Positions 27,676 to 32,364 of a stretch of DNA of 32,364 nt are shown here, one piece after another (within the stretch, counting starts at the first letter, position 1; every line of letters starts with the position of its first letter). The position numbers and the translations under genes were made by a program. Origin of the DNA: Thermoplasmatota archaeon (GTDB taxonomy: Archaea; Thermoplasmatota; Penumbrarchaeia; Penumbrarchaeales; Penumbrarchaeaceae). The stretch is from the NCBI GenBank assembly GCA_965234725.1, contig CBDDUX010000082.1, positions 1 through 32,364 on the forward strand. Reading direction: 5' to 3'. Below the pieces are notes generated by a model. It saw only the letters and a list, made by a program, of their open reading frames with translations, was not told the origin of the DNA and did no database searches.

Positions 27676-28007
27676 ACAGGACCAATTCTCATTTCTTAAG
27701 TGACATGAAAACCTCGATCGACAGGATCGAGGAATATACCCGGGAAATGGAATTGGAGGATCTCAGGGATGATCAGAAAACAATGGATGCAGTGATAAGG
27801 AATCTGGAGATCATCGGAGAAGCAGCGAGAAATCTGGATTCCGATATTCGTAAGGATCATCCCGCCATACCCTGGAGAAAGATAATCGGACTTAGAAACA
27901 TCATTTCACATGCGTATTTCGGAATCGATTGGGAGAATATCTGGAAGATAATAAGAGAAGATATTCCGGAATTCAGGGACGAACTGGAATCCATTCAGGT
28001 CGAATAA
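27672..28007 (+). CDS. HepT-like (DUF86) HEPN ribonuclease toxin
   Basis: DAVIRNLEIIGEA, IPW..GLRNIISHAYF (Rx4HxY). Confidence 0.92.
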   Translation: MNRTNSHFLSDMKTSIDRIEEYTREMELEDLRDDQKTMDAVIRNLEIIGEAARNLDSDIRKDHPAIPWRKIIGLRNIISHAYFGIDWENIWKIIREDIPEFRDELESIQVE

Positions 28008-28037
28008 TAATTCCGGGAAATTCAATCTCCATTTCAC

Positions 28038-28233
28038 AGTGCCGGACAGGTCCTATATTTTTGTTTTTTTTTAAAACTCTAAAGGAGGCCCTATATGTCT
28101 CGGATTGGGGCCTCGAGTTGGGTAAAATAGGTCTCGAAATAGGTCACTACTGACACCATAGGTGTCAGGGTGCGAAATGTCTCGGGACAGGGCAGGGGTG
28201 AATCGATGAGATCTATAATGCCAGAGGTCCTTC
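28038..28233 (+). repeat. post-gene repeat Z plus 106-bp block X (longest copy)
   Basis: Starts 31 bp after the HepT stop; 28128-28233 matches 30590-30695 at 94/106; hairpin CTGACACC-ATA-GGTGTCAG at 28150-28168. Confidence 0.9.
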
Positions 28234-28306
28234 TTCCACCCCAACTTGACATCACAGTTTGTGATTTCAAGTTCTCATGTTCATTTTCCGTAAGTTGAAA
28301 GCAGAA
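28229..28306 (-). pseudogene. isolated 26-codon ORF6N-domain fragment
   Basis: FCFQLTENEHENLKSQTVMSSWGGRR aligns with FCFQLNEEEFIKWRSQTVISN..GLRR of 29519-30439; contains a 31-bp palindrome at 28243-28273. Confidence 0.8.
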
Positions 28307-28522
28307 ATATTGGTCCTATATCATGGGTATCAGAACCCCTTTCATACCCAAACATCGAGAAATATTGATCACCAAAATCACGGCTTCTGCATATGCACCA
28401 CTGAGAAGAGCCCCTTTGTCCGCGAATGAGGTCCCTTTCATTGTTCATTTGATTCGATGAAGTGAAGGTTAAACATAATAATTAAAAGAAGAATATCATT
28501 TCAGTAACAGGGTAGTGTATAA

Positions 28523-28834
28523 ATGGAAGATATACTGAAGCAGATCATTGAAAGGATCGTTAACATAGTTGATCCAGATATGATCCTCCTCTTCGGATCC
28601 AGAGCTTCAGGGAAAGAAAGTGACGATAGCGATATTGATCTTCTTATAATAAAATCCGGATTGAAGAATTCAAGGGAATTGGCAAAGAAGGTCTATTCCT
28701 CCCTTTCCGGTATCGGTGTTCCGGTCGATTTTATATTGGTTGACAGGAGAAGAATGGATGAACATCTGGACGATCCTTATATGATATACGGGCAGGCGTT
28801 AAAGGAGGGTAAGACGCTCTATGCAAAGGCTTGA
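28523..28834 (+). CDS. minimal nucleotidyltransferase (second MNT)
   Basis: ILLFGSRASG..SDIDLLII, PVDFI. Confidence 0.9.
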   Translation: MEDILKQIIERIVNIVDPDMILLFGSRASGKESDDSDIDLLIIKSGLKNSRELAKKVYSSLSGIGVPVDFILVDRRRMDEHLDDPYMIYGQALKEGKTLYAKA

Positions 28835-29237
28835 GGATGTCAATATATGGATGGCCCGGTCCCTCAGCAACCTTGAAAAGGCCAGGATCAAAAGGGAGGA
28901 TAATAAGATCCTCTTTGAGGACCTCTGTTTTGACATACAGCAGTCTGCGGAAAAAGCATTGAAAGCGGTTTGCATAAAAGAAGGTATAATCTTCAAGAGG
29001 ACCCATGATATTTCATATCTTATCGATCTGGTCGAGAACAGTGGAATCGATGTATTCGATGTTGTCAAAAAGGGAAGGTACCTCACTCAATATGCGGTTG
29101 AAACCAGATATCCTGGTGTTTACGATCCGGTTAAAAAGGATGAATATGAAGAAGCTTTGAATGATGCTCAGGAGATATACGAATGGGCAAAAGATATTAC
29201 CGGATTTGAGATCCCGGATGAACCTGAAGAAGAGTAA
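28821..29237 (+). CDS. HEPN domain protein (QQxxEKxLKA subtype)
   Basis: LCFDIQQSAEKALKAV, THDI, YAVETRYP. Confidence 0.9.
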   Translation: MQRLEDVNIWMARSLSNLEKARIKREDNKILFEDLCFDIQQSAEKALKAVCIKEGIIFKRTHDISYLIDLVENSGIDVFDVVKKGRYLTQYAVETRYPGVYDPVKKDEYEEALNDAQEIYEWAKDITGFEIPDEPEEE

Positions 29238-29266
29238 ACCGGATCAATATTCATGTAATGGATGAC

Positions 29267-29462
29267 AGTGCCGAACAGGCCCAAGGTTTTGGATCTTATA
29301 CATGCTCCAATGTGTTCCCCAGGTCTCGATATGGAGCCTCGAGATGGGTAGAATAGGTCTCGACGTGATACATAGATGAGAGTTAAGTAACGTTTATTGC
29401 ACTTGAGATTATAGTGGTATTTTTATGAATAATATGAAATGTTTTTATCTCACGATGGGACC
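29267..29462 (+). repeat. post-gene repeat Z running into block Y, copy 2
   Basis: AGTGCCGAACAGGCCC starts 30 bp after the HEPN stop; core TGGAGCCTCGAGATGGGTAGAATAGGTCTCGA at 29332; 29345-29462 matches 25583-25700. Confidence 0.88.
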
Positions 29463-29518
29463 GTGATTGAAAAATTAGAATTCTTCAAGATGAGTTTTTT
29501 AACCAAACATAATCATTT

Positions 29519-30439
29519 TTAATTCAACAACTTCTCTATTCTTGAGAGGACCTCTATTGAATCGATCTCCATTTTGGAAAAGGCGAACCATTTCTTTCCA
29601 AGGTCTTTCAAGGAAGCTCCGAAATGGTAGATCTCTGAATTGTCGATTATTATGAATCTATCATGTGAAAGATCGAATTTCTCTATTTTCAGGTTCGGAT
29701 ATTGTTGATTGAATTTAAACAGATCAAGTTTAACTGCATCTGGAATCCTATTTGTCAGGATCTTGACATCTACACCCTTCCTCCTTTTTGATAGCAAAGT
29801 GAAAACGCTATCGTCAATGTAGTTGTCAATGATCATGATGTTGTCTGAAGCGGTCCTTATGAGGTCGGAAATGAATTGGTATGCATCATAGATCTGACCA
29901 TCGAAGAATATTCCCTGTCTTGGTTTGATGTCCTCGATCTCTATTATCGATAGAACCTCTTCCATCTTTCTTTCTGTTGTGATCTGCCTTTCTTCAAGAT
30001 TATTCAATCTTTGAAATATACCTGCATTGATGGTGGTCAACTTTCTCATTTCAACAAACGCTCTCATGATGCCAATATTCACTTCGATAGCTTTCTTACT
30101 TCTCAGAACAGATGAAAGCATTGCAATCCCCTGTTCGGAAAAAACATATGGTGGTCTCCTGAGTCCCATTCTATCCGAATTGGAAATAACAGTTTGTGAT
30201 CTCCATTTTATGAATTCCTCCTCATTTAATTGGAAACAGAAATCCTCCGGAAATCTCTCCTTATTCCTCTTTACTGCTTGATTAAGTGCTCCGGTATTTA
30301 CACCGTATAAAAAGGAAAGGTCCCTATCCATCATTACGAGAATATTTCGGAACTCGAAGATCCTACCATAAAACTCATTTTTGATCCGCGATGAACCATT
30401 ATCCAATTCATCTGTAACTTCTTCGATCTTGGAAGACAT
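29519..30439 (-). CDS. ORF6N DNA-binding domain protein with C-terminal PLD-like domain
   Basis: VMMDRDL..LYGV..LNQAVKRNKERFPEDFCFQL, PYVFSEQGIAMLSSVL; IIDNYID and HDRFIIID..GASLKDLGKK. Confidence 0.88.
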   Translation of the reverse strand: MSSKIEEVTDELDNGSSRIKNEFYGRIFEFRNILVMMDRDLSFLYGVNTGALNQAVKRNKERFPEDFCFQLNEEEFIKWRSQTVISNSDRMGLRRPPYVFSEQGIAMLSSVLRSKKAIEVNIGIMRAFVEMRKLTTINAGIFQRLNNLEERQITTERKMEEVLSIIEIEDIKPRQGIFFDGQIYDAYQFISDLIRTASDNIMIIDNYIDDSVFTLLSKRRKGVDVKILTNRIPDAVKLDLFKFNQQYPNLKIEKFDLSHDRFIIIDNSEIYHFGASLKDLGKKWFAFSKMEIDSIEVLSRIEKLLN

Positions 30440-30551
30440 TCTGTTTCACCGTATCTTCTTCTCTGTTGAGGTGTGTGTTATGTAGGTTTGTATTTATCTG
30501 AATCCGGGGGAGGGATCTATAAAAAGTGAATTAATCCCGATTTACTCTTTT

Positions 30552-30695
30552 GGGTTTTTGATTTATAAAAGACCTCCAAGGAGGTCCTCTAGGTCTCGAC
30601 ATAGGTCACCACTGACACCATGGGTGTCAGGGTGAAAAATGTCTCGGGACAGGGGAGGAATGAATCGTTGAAATCTGTAATGCTAGAGGTCCTTC
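30552..30695 (+). repeat. internally deleted repeat Z plus block X, copy 2
   Basis: GACCTCC-AA-GGAGGTC hairpin at 30571-30586; CTGACACC-ATG-GGTGTCAG at 30612-30630; lacks the segment between the two GTCTCG motifs of the 28038 copy. Confidence 0.88.
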
Positions 30696-30727
30696 ATTGC
30701 GAATTCCAGATATTTATTATGATATGA

Positions 30728-30799
30728 TCAGTGATCTGAATCTCTGTATGTGAAGATAGCCTTCAATTCTTCCAATGATCTACGAGCTATCGGCTCCAT
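30728..30799 (-). pseudogene. 23-codon stub of the gene coupled to the AbiEi-like gene (probable collapsed partner toxin)
   Basis: GGTGA RBS and ATG overlapping the upstream 3' end; MEPIARRSLEELKAIFTYRDSDH*. Confidence 0.5.
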
Positions 30800-31772
30800 A
30801 ATTCTTCACCATTTCAATTAGAAGGTCCTTCCCCGAATAACCCAATCCTGCTACATCAAGAACAGTCTGTTCTTTGGATGTGATCCTTATTCCATCTATG
30901 ACAATGGAATCATCATTCACATCTCTGTCAGGGTTGAATATCTTAAGTTTGATCCCTTTGTCATTGTTTGAGGAGAACTCCTTCCTTATGATCTCTCTGG
31001 TTTCAATGTCACTGATATAACACTGGACAAGATCGCTTCTTATCCCCAACCCGAAGTGCAAATTGGAGGCAATGTAGGCACACATGACAGCAGGCAATCT
31101 CCTCCTTTCAGACCAATCTGTCAAGGTTCTTGCCAGGTCGTGGGTTGAATCGAATGAAGTTACTATTTCAAAATCTTCCAGGTCCTTCAAAGGCCTTTCC
31201 CAGGCTACTGCATTCAACAAATTATCCAGGTCTGCGATCTCGATAATGTTATTTTTTCTGTCTACAATATCTCTTGAGATCAAATTGGTGATAACACCAT
31301 GAGTCCAGCCATATGATATTCCCTCGGATCTTGAAATGCTTCTGATAGAGCATGGTGATCTTTTGATAAGATGAAGTATGATCCTCCAAGCTTTTTCGGA
31401 TGTTAATTTACCCCTGGGTCTTTTGTTTTCCTTTTGAATGAATATGTTTTCGGGAAGATGAATTATATCTATGTTCAGCTGACTTGCTCCTCTCTGGATG
31501 GAATCAGGGATGATCCTACCGGCAACAATAGTGTCGGTTACATTGATCTCAAGTTCTCTGGCCAAGAGAAGATGGGATAACTTCTCCCAGGATGCTGTAT
31601 GACATAGTTCAACTAGCACCTTTCTATTTTCATCCTCTATCAATATGTCAATACGAACCGGAAGATCATTTGAGATGGGAGTTTCGAAATGAAATCTCGC
31701 TCTGGATGTGAGGTCAAGGTTCTTTATCAATACCTCCTTCAAGAGGTTTTCATCCCGATCTCTGGTTTTCAT
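30780..31772 (-). CDS. AbiEi-like (type IV TA antitoxin-like) protein: degenerate PD-(D/E)xK-like N-terminus, wHTH, AbiEi-type C-terminus
   Basis: RIDILIE..VLVEL; SIRSISRSEGISYGWTHGVITNL HTH; DGIRITSKEQTVLDV. Confidence 0.6.
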   Translation of the reverse strand: MKTRDRDENLLKEVLIKNLDLTSRARFHFETPISNDLPVRIDILIEDENRKVLVELCHTASWEKLSHLLLARELEINVTDTIVAGRIIPDSIQRGASQLNIDIIHLPENIFIQKENKRPRGKLTSEKAWRIILHLIKRSPCSIRSISRSEGISYGWTHGVITNLISRDIVDRKNNIIEIADLDNLLNAVAWERPLKDLEDFEIVTSFDSTHDLARTLTDWSERRRLPAVMCAYIASNLHFGLGIRSDLVQCYISDIETREIIRKEFSSNNDKGIKLKIFNPDRDVNDDSIVIDGIRITSKEQTVLDVAGLGYSGKDLLIEMVKNYGADSS

Positions 31773-31840
31773 AATGGGTATCGGTAATTAGTGTGAGTTA
31801 TATATAATTATCAGTGATATGTATATCTGTTATTGGAGAT

Positions 31841-32106
31841 ATGTATGATGAATTGTCAGTGATATACTTCGATCTACATTTTCGAATATTTCTTCTTCTC
31901 TTGAAAGTATAGAATTGATATTCTCCCAGATCACAAGAGATTCCGAATATCGGAGGATCGTCACAGATTTCACCCAACGAGCAAAGACGGACCAATCTCT
32001 AAAGGGCATCAAGGGCCTCTATGGAAAAGATCCTAGAAGAGCAGAGAGGATCGCCGACGACATCATCAAGAGTTTCAGTTTCCTGATGGGGCCTCGATCG
32101 GGGTAA
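31841..32106 (+). pseudogene. frameshifted or collapsed gene remnant, divergent from the AbiEi-like gene
   Basis: GGAG plus ATG (MYDELSVI) in one frame, protein-like SDILRS...DDIIKSFSFL in another; the 3' end runs into the repeat core at 32085. Confidence 0.4.
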
Positions 32107-32119
32107 AATAGGTCTCGAA
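32085..32119 (+). repeat. core of repeat Z
   Basis: GATGGGGCCTCGATCGGGGTAAAATAGGTCTCGAA matches 28104-28138. Confidence 0.8.
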
Positions 32120-32178
32120 GGAAGGTCCAAATGTTAATGATATTTAGAAATAGGATAGATGTACATTATTTCAAGGAT

Positions 32179-32364
32179 CTACTTGAATGTATTAATCATC
32201 TCGACCAATAAATAGACGAGTGTAAGAGGAGTTGAGTCCCTACTCATTAAAACTGTATTATTCTTCAGATGAATTCTTTCAATTTTCTTTCCATTCATAA
32301 TAGCATTTTTAAGAGCCTGTCCGAGAATTAGCCTACTGGAACCTCCTATCGATCCATAGTACCA
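32179..32364 (-). CDS. 3' end of an unidentified protein (starts outside the window)
   Basis: 61 open codons WYYGSIGGSSRLILGQALKNAIMNG...VEMINTFK* ending TAG at 32179-32181. Confidence 0.55.
   Translation of the reverse strand, partial: WYYGSIGGSSRLILGQALKNAIMNGKKIERIHLKNNTVLMSRDSTPLTLVYLLVEMINTFK

Larger units (their letters stand above)
21201..32364. mobile_element. accessory / defence-type island with cassette-like organisation; no recombinase in the window
   Basis: Starts at the direct repeat; mostly AT-richer; TA, RhuM, ORF6N and AbiEi-like genes, gene fragments, recurrent intergenic repeats; right end not seen. Confidence 0.6.

Noticed and set aside
27161..30695. Canonical integron attC sites
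   Set aside because: A GTTRRRY match (GTTGGGT, 28117) is present in only one copy of the core, no conserved RYYYAAC partner is seen, cassettes have mixed orientation, and there is no intI in the window
25583..32119. CRISPR array
   Set aside because: The repeats are long, degenerate and separated by whole genes; there is no regular repeat-spacer period and no cas gene
1..32364. tRNA/rRNA genes, transposases, integrases, selenocysteine recoding
   Set aside because: No cloverleaf or rRNA-like sequence recognised, no DDE/HUH/tyrosine-recombinase motifs, and all hydrogenase ligand positions are sense codons with no in-frame TGA

Overview
Archaeal chromosomal DNA, probably Thermoplasmatota (inferred from TATA/BRE promoters, leaderless starts, GGAGG/GGTGA ribosome sites and gene content), in two halves. 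1-21.2 kb is core-like. It holds a DUF4129/DUF4350/MoxR membrane cluster, phosphomannomutase, a lipoate-ligase family gene, a VapBC pair, a five-gene hybrid [NiFe]/[FeFe] hydrogenase operon with hypE, a large FN3 surface protein, an ArsR regulator and a GT-C glycosyltransferase. In the hydrogenase operon, the [NiFe] small subunit and an [FeFe] HydA appear to have swapped N-termini, and the [FeFe] domain keeps its four [4Fe-4S] cysteines but has lost the di-iron-site residues. 21.2-32.4 kb is a mostly AT-richer accessory region with no integrase or transposase in view. It begins at an 86-bp direct repeat duplicating the promoter and 5' end of the glycosyltransferase. It contains HATPase+STAS, a metalloprotease, RhuM, two MNT-HEPN pairs, ORF6N, an AbiEi-like gene and several short gene fragments, separated by co-oriented hairpin-rich repeats. 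One repeat starts 30-31 bp after the stop codons of three unrelated genes, and many junctions fall on GGWCC. RhuM, ORF6N and an isolated ORF6N fragment each carry a 25-31 bp palindrome inside coding sequence. All family assignments come from motif recognition by eye, not database searches.
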